Of a stretch of 64,000 nt of DNA, positions 28,434 through 38,761 are shown piece by piece; position 1 is the stretch's first letter, and each line of letters begins with the position of its first letter. The DNA comes from Pseudolabrys sp. GTDB taxonomy: Bacteria; Pseudomonadota; Alphaproteobacteria; Rhizobiales; Xanthobacteraceae. A program made the translations under genes and the position numbers. The stretch lies in the NCBI GenBank assembly GCA_035469145.1, contig DATISB010000011.1, positions 78-64,077 on the forward strand. Reading direction: 5' to 3'. The notes below the pieces were generated by a model. That model saw only the letters and a program-made list of their open reading frames with translations. It was not told the DNA's origin and searched no databases.

Positions 28434-31400
28434 TCACCGTTTTCCCACCTCGAAGGCGCCGAGCGCCAGCGGCCCGGCCGGCCGCGGCTTGGCATGCGGC
28501 TGCGCGCCGGCGGCGTGATCCCAGCCGCCTGGCGGTTCGCGAACGACCGTGGCCTCCTCCGGCTGCGGCTCGGCTACGAAGCCCTTGACTGCTTGCTGGA
28601 CGGCGGCCAGCGCGGCGGCGTCCATGGAGCCCGCAACGTCGTCGCGTTTCTTGGCGGATTCCCGGTCGCCTTGGGCGGCCGCTAGCGCGAACCATTTGTA
28701 TGCTTCGGCATAGCTCTTATCGGTGCCGAGACCGCGCGCGCACAGGACACCGAGATTGTACTGGCTGTCGGCAACGCCGCGCTGAGCGGCCTTGCGAAAC
28801 CATTGCACGGCGGTGCCGAAATCCGGCTTGCCGTCAATGCCTTCGGCATAGAGCACGGCGAGATTATGCATCGCCTTGCTGTTGCCCTTGCTAGCGGCGG
28901 CGAGGTAGAGCCGGCGGGCCTGGGCGAAGTCCTTCTTCACGCCCTGGCCCTTTTCCAGCAGGCTGGCATAGCGGAATTGCGCGGGCGTTAGGCCCTTGCT
29001 GGCCGCCCGCTCGTACCAGCGCGCCGCTTCATCCATGTTGACCGGCACACCGCGCCCCTCGGCGAAGCGTACGGCCACCTCGTAGGCGGCGGCGCCGTCG
29101 CCGGCGATAGCCGCGCTGCGCAGTTTGGGTCCGCCGATGGTGATCGGCAGCTGGTCGGCGGATTGCAGGCTTGGCAGTTTCGATGGGGCCGCCGGCCGCG
29201 CCGGCTGGCTGCTGCCGGCTGGGCGGGAAATCGATCCGGTGACTTCGTTCTGCGATCCGAGCATCGGCGGACTGAACAGCGACGGCATCACTTGCGTCGT
29301 CGGGTTCAAGCCCAGCGGCGGCGTGGTTGCGATCCCGGGGGTGCCGGGTGACGACGCCAGCGGCCCGATTTCAGGCAGTTTCGGTAGCGCGAGCGGATTG
29401 GTGGCAATGCCGGCGGTCGACTCGGGCGCGGCGCCCGCCTCGGTGTCCCCGGTATTCGATACGGGAACTTCCGCCATCTTGATTGTGGAATTGCCGAGAT
29501 CGAGCACATTGTCGGCGATCTGGGCCGATCCGACCACGATGGCGATGATGCTGGCCGCGATGAACAGCGACTTGACCCGCTTCATCATTTTGGCGCGCAG
29601 CGACGTGGTCTCGCGCTCGTGCGTCTCGACCGGCTCCGCGCGCGGCGCACGGGCCCCCGGTTGCTGCACCGCCGCCTGGGCGGCGCGGCGGGCTGCGGCG
29701 ATAAAGCTGGATTTACCCCCGGCAGCGGCGGCCGGCCGAACGCCGCCGAGGGCGGCTTCCGAGGCGGCAATGCGGACGGCTGGATCGGCGTTCAAAGCCG
29801 GCGGCCCGGAGCCGGGCTCAAGCGGCTGATCGGGCGGCAGATCGGGATCGATCGGCAATTGGGCGGACGGCGGCAAGCGCCGGGGCGCCGGCGAAGGTGC
29901 AGGCGGAGGGGCTGCGGCTGCCGGCGGCAGTGGCGCCGGCATCGGTGCTGTAATGGCGGGGGCGTCGTTGACCATGCGGACGGCGAATTTGCCGAACGGT
30001 TGGCTGAGTGGTGCGTCACTATCGGCCGCGCTATGCGGGCGCGCTTCGCCGCGAATATCCTTTTCGATCATGGCGAGGCGGTCGACGATGAGGCCGAGCG
30101 TGCCGTGTACCGCTTCCAGCGCATCCTGGGTGCGGGCGATATCGTGTTTGAGGTCGTCGACCCCCGGCGCGCCTTGCGCGCGTAACCCGCCGGCGTCCTT
30201 GTTCGCCCGCATATCTTCGATGTGGATCAGAAGATCGCCGAGGCCGCGCTCGATCCCTTCCAAATGGCGGAGCCGGGAATCGGAAGCGTCCAGCTTCTCC
30301 ACCAGCCTGACTATGCGATCCTCAAGATGACTGAAGGCATCGCCGTTGCCGCGCGAGTTCTGAACCTGCTCGATCTTGTCGCTGAGCGATTCCACCAGGG
30401 CTTCCAGCCGTGGTGGCACCGCGGCGCCGCTTTGCGCGCGCTCGGCCAGCGCGTCCGAGATCGCTGCAATGCGGGGCTCGAGATGGTTGAGCGCATCGCC
30501 GCCGGTCCCGGCGCTGGCCATAGTCTCGACTTTCTCGCCCAGCGTCTGCACCTGCGCGGCCAGCCCCCGCACGGTCTCGTTCGAGGCGACATGGTTGGTC
30601 ATCTCGCGCAGCGTGATAATGGCACTCTCAAGCTGCGCCAGCGTCGCCGGGTCTTTCTGCGCGACGATGAGATCGATCTTGTGCGCGAGGCCGGTGATCG
30701 CATCGGTGAAGCCGATCAGGTTTTCCGCCGGCGTCAGTCCGTGCAACGCGTCGCGCACTTCGGCAAGGCCGTGTTCGATGCCGCCGAGTGAGCCGGCGTC
30801 GACGCCGGCCTGGCGGCCTTCGGCGATGTGCTGGTTGAGGTCCTGAATCTGCTTTTCGATGGCGTCGAGGGCACGGCGCGGCATCGCGTCGCTGAGCGTG
30901 CGGCCGATCTCGCCGAGCTCCTCGCGCAGTGCGTTGATCGCCTGCTCTATGCCCGGCTGGCGCAGCGTCTCGATCTGGTTGGTGATATTGCGAAGCTGAT
31001 CTTCCAGGCCCGACAGGTCCTGCGCCGGCAGCGGAATCGGCACCGGCGCCGCCATAACCGCTTGCGGCTGTTGCCGCGGCGCCGGTGCGGCGTTGCCGTT
31101 GAGCATGCGCTGGCGGGCGGCAATTTCGGCGACGGCACGATCAAGGCTCGGCGGCAACTGCACGCTCGGCATCGCCGCCGCCGCCGGCGACACGCTGGCG
31201 TATTCGTCAAGCCGGCGGCCGACACGGACCATCTGCTCGGCGAGGGGATCGGATTCGTTACGGCTGCGTTTCGGCGCGTAGGCTGCGGGCCCCGTACGCG
31301 TGAGCTGCTCGACGCGTCGCGACAGGTCATCGAGCCGTTGGTTCATCGTGGCGAGATAGCCGCCATCGGAATCGTGAGCGGCCAGCGGCGGCGATTGCAC

Positions 31401-31544
31401 GCCTTCCTGCTCGGCTTGCTGGATGATCACGGAGTTGAGCCATTCGCCCTGCGGCATGCCCGCCCCGCGTGCCGCTGCTTCGGCGGTTTCGCGGGCTTCC
31501 GGTCGTATCCCTTTCAAACTCCACGGGACGCCAAATCTCATTAG
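28434..31544 (-). CDS. podJ: Polar localization factor PodJ-like protein
   Basis: WSLKGIRPEARETA N-terminus, long coiled coils, Pro-rich linker, SFIAAARRAAQAA, TM helix, C-terminal Sel1 repeats. Confidence 0.8.
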   Translation of the reverse strand, partial: LMRFGVPWSLKGIRPEARETAEAAARGAGMPQGEWLNSVIIQQAEQEGVQSPPLAAHDSDGGYLATMNQRLDDLSRRVEQLTRTGPAAYAPKRSRNESDPLAEQMVRVGRRLDEYASVSPAAAAMPSVQLPPSLDRAVAEIAARQRMLNGNAAPAPRQQPQAVMAAPVPIPLPAQDLSGLEDQLRNITNQIETLRQPGIEQAINALREELGEIGRTLSDAMPRRALDAIEKQIQDLNQHIAEGRQAGVDAGSLGGIEHGLAEVRDALHGLTPAENLIGFTDAITGLAHKIDLIVAQKDPATLAQLESAIITLREMTNHVASNETVRGLAAQVQTLGEKVETMASAGTGGDALNHLEPRIAAISDALAERAQSGAAVPPRLEALVESLSDKIEQVQNSRGNGDAFSHLEDRIVRLVEKLDASDSRLRHLEGIERGLGDLLIHIEDMRANKDAGGLRAQGAPGVDDLKHDIARTQDALEAVHGTLGLIVDRLAMIEKDIRGEARPHSAADSDAPLSQPFGKFAVRMVNDAPAITAPMPAPLPPAAAAPPPAPSPAPRRLPPSAQLPIDPDLPPDQPLEPGSGPPALNADPAVRIAASEAALGGVRPAAAAGGKSSFIAAARRAAQAAVQQPGARAPRAEPVETHERETTSLRAKMMKRVKSLFIAASIIAIVVGSAQIADNVLDLGNSTIKMAEVPVSNTGDTEAGAAPESTAGIATNPLALPKLPEIGPLASSPGTPGIATTPPLGLNPTTQVMPSLFSPPMLGSQNEVTGSISRPAGSSQPARPAAPSKLPSLQSADQLPITIGGPKLRSAAIAGDGAAAYEVAVRFAEGRGVPVNMDEAARWYERAASKGLTPAQFRYASLLEKGQGVKKDFAQARRLYLAAASKGNSKAMHNLAVLYAEGIDGKPDFGTAVQWFRKAAQRGVADSQYNLGVLCARGLGTDKSYAEAYKWFALAAAQGDRESAKKRDDVAGSMDAAALAAVQQAVKGFVAEPQPEEATVVREPPGGWDHAAGAQPHAKPRPAGPLALGAFEVGKR

Positions 31545-31669
31545 CTCGCACCCACGTTCGAGGTGGAGGCGAAGGAGCCTTCTGGGCTCTCCGTGGAACC
31601 GGCACACGATAACGGCTCGTGGATACGGGCGCGGTCCGCAGTCCTCTGCTCGACTTTTTGCCGGTCACG

Positions 31670-31685
31670 GTAAACATGGAGTTAA
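31670..31685 (-). promoter_or_regulatory. Putative CtrA box upstream of podJ
   Basis: Minus strand TTAA-CTCCATG-TTTAC, one mismatch to TTAA-N7-TTAAC; a second weaker match TTAA-N7-GTAA lies at 31749-31763. Confidence 0.5.
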
Positions 31686-31897
31686 GGATTGGGCGGAAGT
31701 ATCGGATTTTGCCTGCGGTTTCGGCCGCGCGCGGCGGTAGGCGGCGGCTTAACGCGGCTGTAAGCCGGATGCGCGATGGTCTTGTCGCAGCCGTGCTTGC
31801 GGCGCTTGGGGGTAGCCATGGCCGTTCTTGAACCGGTCGCAATCGCTCAATAGTTATCGAGTCGTTAACGGCGCTCGCTGGACGCCGGGAGGGACTG

Positions 31898-33688
31898 ATG
31901 CCGACCTACAAGGCCCCCGTGGATGATACGTTGTTCCTGTTGAACGACGTCTTCCATTTCGACCGCTACGGCAATCTGCCCGGCTTCGGCGATGCCACAC
32001 CCGACGTGGTGGAAGCCGTGCTGCGCGAGGCGGCCAAGTTCAGCGAAGAAGTCCTCACGCCGCTCAATCGTGTCGGCGATCATGAGGGCTGCACGCGCCA
32101 TCCCGATGGCCGCGTCACCACACCCACCGGCTTCAAGGACGCCTTCAAGCAAATGGTCGAGAGCGGCTGGATCGGCATCTCGGTGCCGGCCGAATACGGC
32201 GGCCAGGACCTGCCGGCGACCCTGACCGTGGCGGTGAACGAAATGCTCTGCTCCGCCAACATGGCCTTCGCCATGTATCCGGGCCTCACGCAGGGCGCCA
32301 TCGCGGCGCTGCTCGCGCATGCCTCGCAAGAACTGAAGACGAAATATCTGCCCAAGATGGTGACCGGCGAATGGACCGGCACCATGAATCTGACCGAACC
32401 GCATTGCGGCACTGACTTGGGCCTGTTGCGCACCAAGGCGGTGAAGCAGGCCGACGGCAGCTACCGGATCACCGGCACCAAGATCTTCATCTCCGCCGGC
32501 GAGCACGATCTCGCCGAAAACATCGTCCACCTGGTGCTGGCGCGCATCGAAGGCGCGCCGGCCGGCACCAAGGGCATCTCGCTGTTCGTGGTGCCCAAGC
32601 TGACGGTCAGGGATGACGGTTCGCTCGGCGCGCCTAACGGCGTTTCCTGCGGTTCGATCGAAGAGAAAATGGGCATTCACGCCAATTCCACCTGCGTGAT
32701 GAATTACGACGGCGCCGTCGGCTGGCTGGTGGGTGAGGAGAACCGCGGCCTGCCCGCCATGTTCACAATGATGAACGAGGCGCGGTTGGGCGTCGCCGTG
32801 CAAGGCCTGTCGCTGTCGGAAGTCGCCTATCAGAACGCCGCGATCTACGCCAGGGAGCGCCTGCAAGGCCGCGCGCTCAGCGGCGCCAAATATCCCGACA
32901 AGGCGGCCGATCCGATCATCGTGCATCCGGACGTACGCCGCATGCTGATGACCATTCGCGCCTTCAACGAAGCGGGCCGCGCGCTGGTGCTGTGGACCGC
33001 GCTTAAGGGCGACATCGCGCGGCGTTCCGAGGACGACAAGGAACGCCAGAGCGCCGACGATTACATGGGCTTGCTCACGCCGGTGGTCAAAGGCGTGCTC
33101 ACCGACAGCGGCTTTGCCAATACCGTGATGGCGCAGCAGGTGTTCGGCGGCCACGGCTACATCGCCGAGCACGGCATGGAGCAGTTCGTGCGCGACGCCC
33201 GCATCGCCATGATCTACGAAGGCGCCAACGGCATCCAGGCGCTCGATCTGGTCGGCCGCAAGCTCGGCAAGGACGGCGGCCGCGCGCTGATGGCATTCAT
33301 CAATGAGGTCGGCTCGTTCATCAAGGAGAAGAGTGCCGACGATGGCATGAAGCCCTTCGTGACGCCGCTCGGCGTTGCGCTCGGCCATCTGCAGCAGGCC
33401 TCGATGTGGTTCATGCAGAACGCCATGGCCAAGCCCGACAATGCCGGCGCCGGCGCCACCGACTACATGCACATGTTCGGGCTGGTGGCGCTCGGCTACA
33501 TGTGGTGTAGAATTGCGGAAGCCGCGATCGCCCATGCGAAAACCAACGGCGCGGGCCAGCGCATGAGCGCCAAGCTCACCACCGCGCGCTTCTTCATAGA
33601 GCGCATGCTGCCGGAGACGGCGGCGCATTTCGCCCGCATCCAGTCCGGCGCTGTCAGCACGATGGAATTGCCGGACGATGCGTTTTAA
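31898..33688 (+). CDS. Acyl-CoA dehydrogenase (about 600-aa type with C-terminal domain)
   Basis: [50 protein letters not shown]. Confidence 0.92.
   Translation: MPTYKAPVDDTLFLLNDVFHFDRYGNLPGFGDATPDVVEAVLREAAKFSEEVLTPLNRVGDHEGCTRHPDGRVTTPTGFKDAFKQMVESGWIGISVPAEYGGQDLPATLTVAVNEMLCSANMAFAMYPGLTQGAIAALLAHASQELKTKYLPKMVTGEWTGTMNLTEPHCGTDLGLLRTKAVKQADGSYRITGTKIFISAGEHDLAENIVHLVLARIEGAPAGTKGISLFVVPKLTVRDDGSLGAPNGVSCGSIEEKMGIHANSTCVMNYDGAVGWLVGEENRGLPAMFTMMNEARLGVAVQGLSLSEVAYQNAAIYARERLQGRALSGAKYPDKAADPIIVHPDVRRMLMTIRAFNEAGRALVLWTALKGDIARRSEDDKERQSADDYMGLLTPVVKGVLTDSGFANTVMAQQVFGGHGYIAEHGMEQFVRDARIAMIYEGANGIQALDLVGRKLGKDGGRALMAFINEVGSFIKEKSADDGMKPFVTPLGVALGHLQQASMWFMQNAMAKPDNAGAGATDYMHMFGLVALGYMWCRIAEAAIAHAKTNGAGQRMSAKLTTARFFIERMLPETAAHFARIQSGAVSTMELPDDAF
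33661..33678 (+). repeat. 18-bp direct repeat, left copy
   Basis: gatggaattgccggacga, identical to 34664-34681. Confidence 0.85.
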
Positions 33689-33753
33689 AGTGCGTCCAAT
33701 AGGCGAAACGCGGTCGCTCGCCGTATTGGTGAGCCATAACGCGAGGGGACCTC

Positions 33754-34659
33754 ATGAGCATTTTTGTCGAATTGCCGCCAGACGACTACAGCGAAACAGC
33801 TTTTGTTGATTTCACTGCGACGGCCAGCTTCGATCCCGGCACCGCTCGCGCATTGATGTGGGCCTCGCAGCTCGCTTACGAGACGCACCAGCAAGCGACT
33901 ATCGACGCCGTTCGCCAGAAATGGCGATTTCCGAGTATCCTTCCGTTCCACGCGACCGCGCGGGCGCTCGGAACAGACGTCGATACCCGCGGGATTATCG
34001 CTAAGCGCGCCGACGTCACGATTGTCGCCTTCGCGGGGACGGACCCGGCGGTATTGGCGAATGTGGTTACCGATGAGGAGGTTATTCCGGAGCCGGGTAC
34101 TGACATCCACGGCGGCTTTAACAAAGCCATGGATGCCATATGGCCTAGCGTTTCCGTGATAATCACGCAGTCAGTGCAACCTGTCATGTTTGCCGGCCAT
34201 AGTCTCGGCGCTGCGCTGGCTGTGCTGGGAGCAATGCGTTTTGTGGAATCTGGCGGCGCACCGCTCGCAGTCTACACCTATGGCCTCCCCCGGGTTGGCG
34301 GTGCACGCTTCATCGCCGCTTATAACGGCCGGCTTGGGTTGACCACGTATCGTTTCGTGCATGGCAACGACATCGTGCCGACCGTGCCGATGTCGGCTCT
34401 CGGTTTTCGCCACGTCGGGCGCATGATGCAATGCGCGTCGGGTGGCAGCTTCAAGGGCACCGCGCTTTCTGGTCTCGGCTCCGACGAACCGAACTTCTCC
34501 GTTGGGCTACGGCAAGGCATCGCAACCGAGTTTGGAAAACTATTGCGCGGCGAGCTCGGTCCCGCCGGCCCGGGTCGGATCGGCAAATTGCTCGAATTCC
34601 TTCCGACGCAAATCCGCGATCATCTGCCGGACCGCTACATCGCGGCGCTGGCGCCATGA
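33754..34659 (+). CDS. Class 3 lipase family protein
   Basis: VAFAGT, IHGGF, GHSLG nucleophile, TYGLPRVG, NDIVPTVP, C-terminal DH...Y. Confidence 0.88.
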   Translation: MSIFVELPPDDYSETAFVDFTATASFDPGTARALMWASQLAYETHQQATIDAVRQKWRFPSILPFHATARALGTDVDTRGIIAKRADVTIVAFAGTDPAVLANVVTDEEVIPEPGTDIHGGFNKAMDAIWPSVSVIITQSVQPVMFAGHSLGAALAVLGAMRFVESGGAPLAVYTYGLPRVGGARFIAAYNGRLGLTTYRFVHGNDIVPTVPMSALGFRHVGRMMQCASGGSFKGTALSGLGSDEPNFSVGLRQGIATEFGKLLRGELGPAGPGRIGKLLEFLPTQIRDHLPDRYIAALAP

Positions 34660-34663
34660 GAAT

Positions 34664-34691
34664 GATGGAATTGCCGGACGAGGTGTTCTAG
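34664..34691 (+). repeat. Right copy of the repeat: relic 3' end of the acyl-CoA dehydrogenase gene
   Basis: Encodes MELPDEVF-stop versus MELPDDAF-stop at 33662-33688. Confidence 0.8.
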
Positions 34692-35059
34692 GCGCCGCGG
34701 CTGCTCGTCAAGAACAGCCACGCCGTCAGCGCCGCGCCGATGATAAAAACGATTGAGCCGGCGGCAACGATCGGGACGCGGCCGTTGGTAATGTAGAAGT
34801 AGGTGCCGACGAAAATTCCGGCGATGCCGATGACGGTCACCCAGAATTGCACTGGCGCCAGCCGCGCTTTCTTCATCGCCGGCCATAGCCGATACGGCAT
34901 GCCGTAAATCGCCAGCGTGACGAAACCGGGAAGCACGATCGCGACGTGCAGCGTGACGAGACGATTGTCGGCGGTCGCGCCCATGTAGAGCCCGAGCAGC
35001 ATGCCGACGATGGCCAGGATCAAAGCGACGGCGACGTAACTTCGATCGATCTCAAGCAT
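34688..35059 (-). CDS. Small four-TM hypothetical membrane protein
   Basis: AAGGAGG RBS; GMLLGLYMG...LHV...GFVTLAIYG...YRLWP hydrophobic pattern. Confidence 0.7.
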   Translation of the reverse strand: MLEIDRSYVAVALILAIVGMLLGLYMGATADNRLVTLHVAIVLPGFVTLAIYGMPYRLWPAMKKARLAPVQFWVTVIGIAGIFVGTYFYITNGRVPIVAAGSIVFIIGAALTAWLFLTSSRGA

Positions 35060-35084
35060 CACCCCCTCCTTGGTTGATGAGATT

Positions 35085-36335
35085 TTAGACTCCTTGCGCA
35101 AGCGCCGGCCGGCGCGGCGAACGCAGCAGCAGCCAGGCTGCGATCGTCACGTTCAAAAGATTCCAGCCGAGTCCGTTGAGAAACGCCGCCCGGTAGGAAC
35201 CGGAAAAGTCGAAGATCGCGCCGGACATCCAGCCGCCTAGCGCCATGCCGACCAAGGTCGCCATCAGGATGAGACCGATGCGGGTGCCGGCTTCCCGGGG
35301 CGGGAAATATTCGCGCACGATGATGGCGTAGCTCGGCACGATGCCGCCCTGGAATAAACCGAATAATGCCGAGATCACGTAGAGCGACGTGAGCCCATCG
35401 AAGAACAGATAGAGGAACAGCGCGGTGCCCTGCAGCACCGAGCCGAACAGTAGCGTGCGCACGCCGCCGATGCGGTCTGCAATGAATCCCGACGCGATGC
35501 GGCTGACGATGCCAAAGCCGAGCATCAGCGACAGCATCTCGGCGCCGCGCGCGGCGCCATAGCCGAGGTCGCCGCAATAGGCGACTAGGTGCACCTGCGG
35601 CATCGACATCGCCACGCAACAGGCGATGCCGGCGAGGCACAATAGTACTTGTAACATCGCAGGCGAGAACGGCAATTCGGCTTGCCGGCGCGCTGCCGAC
35701 TGCACCGCGGCCTCGGTGTGATGCACTTGCATGCGCCGCCGCAGCAAGTAGACGAGCGGCAGCATGCTGACGAGCAGGAACAACCCGATGCCGGTATGGG
35801 TCGCGCGCCAACCCGACGTGGCGATGAAATGCTGCACCACCGGCGGCCAAAACGTGCCGGCGAGATAATTGCCGGATGCCGCGATGGCGACGGCGATGCC
35901 CCGGCGGCGCACGAACCAGTGCGACAGGTCGGCCATCAGCGGCCCGAAGGTGGCCGAACATCCGATCCCGATCAGCAATCCATGCGCGATCGCCACCTGC
36001 CAGAGCGTGGACGCCTGCCCGACCGCCAGATAGCCGAGGCCAAGCGCCAGCGCCCCGAGCGCCAGCGGCACGGCGACGCCGAAGCGGTCGGCGAGCCGGC
36101 CCATCAGCACGCCGCCGCCGGCGAAGCCGAGCATGGCGAGCGTATAGGGTAACGAGGCATCGGCACGGGCGACGCCGAAATCGGCCTGGATGGTGGGGAG
36201 CGCCACCACCACCGACCACATGCCGACCCCGCCTATGGTGCTCAGCAACACGGCGACGCCTAGGCGCAGCCAAGCTTTCGCGGTATCGGTCGGGTCCGGT
36301 TCGGACCGGCCTGCGGCTGCGTGCGCTGGAATCAC
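35085..36335 (-). CDS. MFS transporter
   Basis: About 12 TM helices; GRLADRFG and GFIADRIG motifs. Confidence 0.9.
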   Translation of the reverse strand: MIPAHAAAGRSEPDPTDTAKAWLRLGVAVLLSTIGGVGMWSVVVALPTIQADFGVARADASLPYTLAMLGFAGGGVLMGRLADRFGVAVPLALGALALGLGYLAVGQASTLWQVAIAHGLLIGIGCSATFGPLMADLSHWFVRRRGIAVAIAASGNYLAGTFWPPVVQHFIATSGWRATHTGIGLFLLVSMLPLVYLLRRRMQVHHTEAAVQSAARRQAELPFSPAMLQVLLCLAGIACCVAMSMPQVHLVAYCGDLGYGAARGAEMLSLMLGFGIVSRIASGFIADRIGGVRTLLFGSVLQGTALFLYLFFDGLTSLYVISALFGLFQGGIVPSYAIIVREYFPPREAGTRIGLILMATLVGMALGGWMSGAIFDFSGSYRAAFLNGLGWNLLNVTIAAWLLLRSPRRPALAQGV

Positions 36336-36482
36336 GATGATGACATGCCCGGCTACTGATTTAAGGCGCTCCTAGCATCATGCCGCTGGCCCGGCCACCA
36401 GCTACCTTATAATCATTTTAACATACTGAAATGATTTAGCTTTTTTACTTGATTTAGATCATGGTGTAATCCAGATGAGAGT

Positions 36483-36501
36483 GGCAATGATAATCATATG
36501 C
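36483..36501. promoter_or_regulatory. Fur-box-like site upstream of feoA
   Basis: GGCAATGATAATCATATGC, 14/19 match to GATAATGATAATCATTATC by hand count, within an AT-rich promoter region. Confidence 0.45.
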
Positions 36502-36512
36502 AGGACAAGGTC

Positions 36513-36788
36513 ATGATCCACAGCGGTTCGCCGGCGAATACAGCGTTCTTGGGATTGGCGCGGAAGGGATTCCGCGGACGGATCCACACTATTGCCGCCG
36601 CCGCCACAGCCTCGGACGTCAAGGCGGCGGAGCTCGAGCGGCGTCTGCTCGAACTGGGATTCGTCGAGGGCGCCCAAGTCGAAATCCTGCATGAAGGCCC
36701 GCTCGGCCGCGATCCGATCGCGGTGCGCGTCAACAACACCACGATCGCGCTCCGACGTCGCGAAGCGATGGCCGTTTTGGTGGCCTGA
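36513..36788 (+). CDS. feoA: Ferrous iron transport protein A
   Basis: [31 protein letters not shown]. Start could be 36498. Confidence 0.9.
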   Translation: MIHSGSPANTAFLGLARKGFRGRIHTIAAAATASDVKAAELERRLLELGFVEGAQVEILHEGPLGRDPIAVRVNNTTIALRRREAMAVLVA

Positions 36789-36802
36789 CTGGATCGACCG
36801 CA

Positions 36803-38686
36803 GTGACGACCGCGAGCGAAACGAGCGCGTGGCGATTTGCCCTGGTGGGGACGCCGAATAGCGGCAAAACCGCGCTGTTCAATGCGCTCACCGGCAGCCG
36901 GCAGAAGGTCGCGAATTATCCGGGCGTCACCGTCGAACGCAAAGCTGGCATCATCCAGACACCGGGGGGGCATCGCGTCGATCTGATCGACCTGCCCGGA
37001 ACGTATTCATTGCGCGGGCGCAGCCCCGACGAGGAAATCACCCGCGACATTGTGCTCGGCCGGCTGGCCAGCGAGGCGGCGCCCGACCTCCTGCTTTGTG
37101 TGGCCGACGCCACCAATTTGCGCGTCGCCCTGCGTCTGGTGATCGAGCTCAAGCAGGTCGGCCGTCCGCTGATGCTCGTGCTCAACATGATCGACATCGC
37201 CCGCCGGCGTGGCATCGAGATCGATCTCGTCAAACTGTCGAAAGAGCTGGGCGCACCGGTAGTCACTTCGATCGCGGTGCGCCGCGGCGGTACAGAAGAC
37301 CTGATGCGGCGCATCGACGCCATGATTGCGGGCGCCGCCGACGCGACCGTCCCAAACACCTGGAAGCCGCCGACCGCGTCCGACTTGCGCGCCGCCCAGC
37401 GCGAGGCGGATCGCATCATTCGCGTTGCCGTCAGCGCCGCGGCGCGGCCGGAGATGCTGACCGGACGGGTGGATGCCGTGCTGCTGCATCCAGTCGCCGG
37501 CCTGCTCATTCTGCTGGGCTTGCTGTTTGTGCTGTTTCAGGCGGTGTTCACCGGGGCGAAGCCGCTGATGGATTTCATCTCGGGCGGTTTCGATGCGCTC
37601 GGCGCCGTGGCGCACGATGCGATGCCGGTCGGCCTGTTGCAGAGCTTCATCCAGAACGGGGTGATATCCGGCGTCGGCAGCGTGATCGTGTTCCTGCCGC
37701 AGATCTTGATCCTGTTTTTGTTCATCTTGCTGCTCGAAGACCTCGGCTACATGGCGCGTGCGGCCTTCCTGATGGACCGCATCATGGGCGGCGCCGGATT
37801 GCACGGCCGCGCCTTCATTCCGCTGCTGTCGAGTTTTGCCTGCGCCATCCCCGGCATCATGGCGACGCGGGTGATCGACAACCGGCGCGACCGGCTGACA
37901 ACCATTCTGGTCGCGCCGCTGATGACCTGTTCGGCGCGCATTCCGGTCTACACACTGATCATCTCCGCCTTCATTCCGGACAAGCAAATATGGGGCTGGG
38001 TTGGACTGCAGGGACTGGTGATGTTCGGGCTCTATGCCGCCGGTATCTTCAGCGCGCTCGCCGTGTCGTTTGTCGCCAATCACTTCTTCTGGCGCGAGAA
38101 TGCCACCCCGCCGTTCATGATCGAATTGCCGGACTACAAGATGCCGCGCCTGCCCAATGTTGCGATGGGCCTGTACATGCGGGCGATGATGTTCCTCAAG
38201 CGCGCCGGCACCACGATTTTCTCAATGATGGTGCTGATCTGGTTCCTGGCGTCGTTTCCGCGTCCGCCGGCGGGCGCCGTAGAGCCGGCGATCAATTTCA
38301 GTCTGGCGGCGATGATCGGCCGCTGGATCGAGCCGATCCTGGCGCCGGTCGGCTTCAATTGGCAGATCAGCGTCGCTTTGGTGCCCGGCATGGCGGCGCG
38401 CGAAGTCGCGGTCGCGGCGCTCGGCACGGTCTACGCCATCGAGGGCGGCAAGGACGTCGCCGCGCAGATCGGCCAAACCCTGGCCGGGCAGTGGAGTCTC
38501 GCCACCGCGCTGGCGCTGCTGGTCTGGTACATTTTCGCACCGCAATGCGCGTCCACGCTGGCCGTGGTCAAGCGCGAGACCGGCAGCTGGCGCTGGATGC
38601 TGATCACCTTCGGCTACATGCTGGCGCTGGCCTACGCCGCCGCCTTCATCACCTACAACGTCGCCGTGGCGCTGGGCGCGGGGTAA
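36803..38686 (+). CDS. feoB: Ferrous iron transport protein B
   Basis: GTPNSGKT, NYPGVTVE, DLPGTYSL, NMID G-motifs; LEDLGYMARAA and TCSAR in the membrane domain. Confidence 0.95.
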   Translation: MTTASETSAWRFALVGTPNSGKTALFNALTGSRQKVANYPGVTVERKAGIIQTPGGHRVDLIDLPGTYSLRGRSPDEEITRDIVLGRLASEAAPDLLLCVADATNLRVALRLVIELKQVGRPLMLVLNMIDIARRRGIEIDLVKLSKELGAPVVTSIAVRRGGTEDLMRRIDAMIAGAADATVPNTWKPPTASDLRAAQREADRIIRVAVSAAARPEMLTGRVDAVLLHPVAGLLILLGLLFVLFQAVFTGAKPLMDFISGGFDALGAVAHDAMPVGLLQSFIQNGVISGVGSVIVFLPQILILFLFILLLEDLGYMARAAFLMDRIMGGAGLHGRAFIPLLSSFACAIPGIMATRVIDNRRDRLTTILVAPLMTCSARIPVYTLIISAFIPDKQIWGWVGLQGLVMFGLYAAGIFSALAVSFVANHFFWRENATPPFMIELPDYKMPRLPNVAMGLYMRAMMFLKRAGTTIFSMMVLIWFLASFPRPPAGAVEPAINFSLAAMIGRWIEPILAPVGFNWQISVALVPGMAAREVAVAALGTVYAIEGGKDVAAQIGQTLAGQWSLATALALLVWYIFAPQCASTLAVVKRETGSWRWMLITFGYMLALAYAAAFITYNVAVALGAG

Positions 38687-38761
38687 CCGGCTGCCCCTCG
38701 CGCCCAACGGACGCTGGGGGTATATGGTTAAATCCCGCGAACCAATCGGCCAAGCATCCCT

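Noticed and set aside
29860-29960. Low-complexity GC-rich run in podJ as a tandem repeat
   Set aside because: Explained by a Pro/Ala-rich protein linker.
33697-33729. Hairpin before the lipase gene as an integron attC site
   Set aside because: No proper RYYYAAC/GTTRRRY boxes, too short, single copy, and no integrase.
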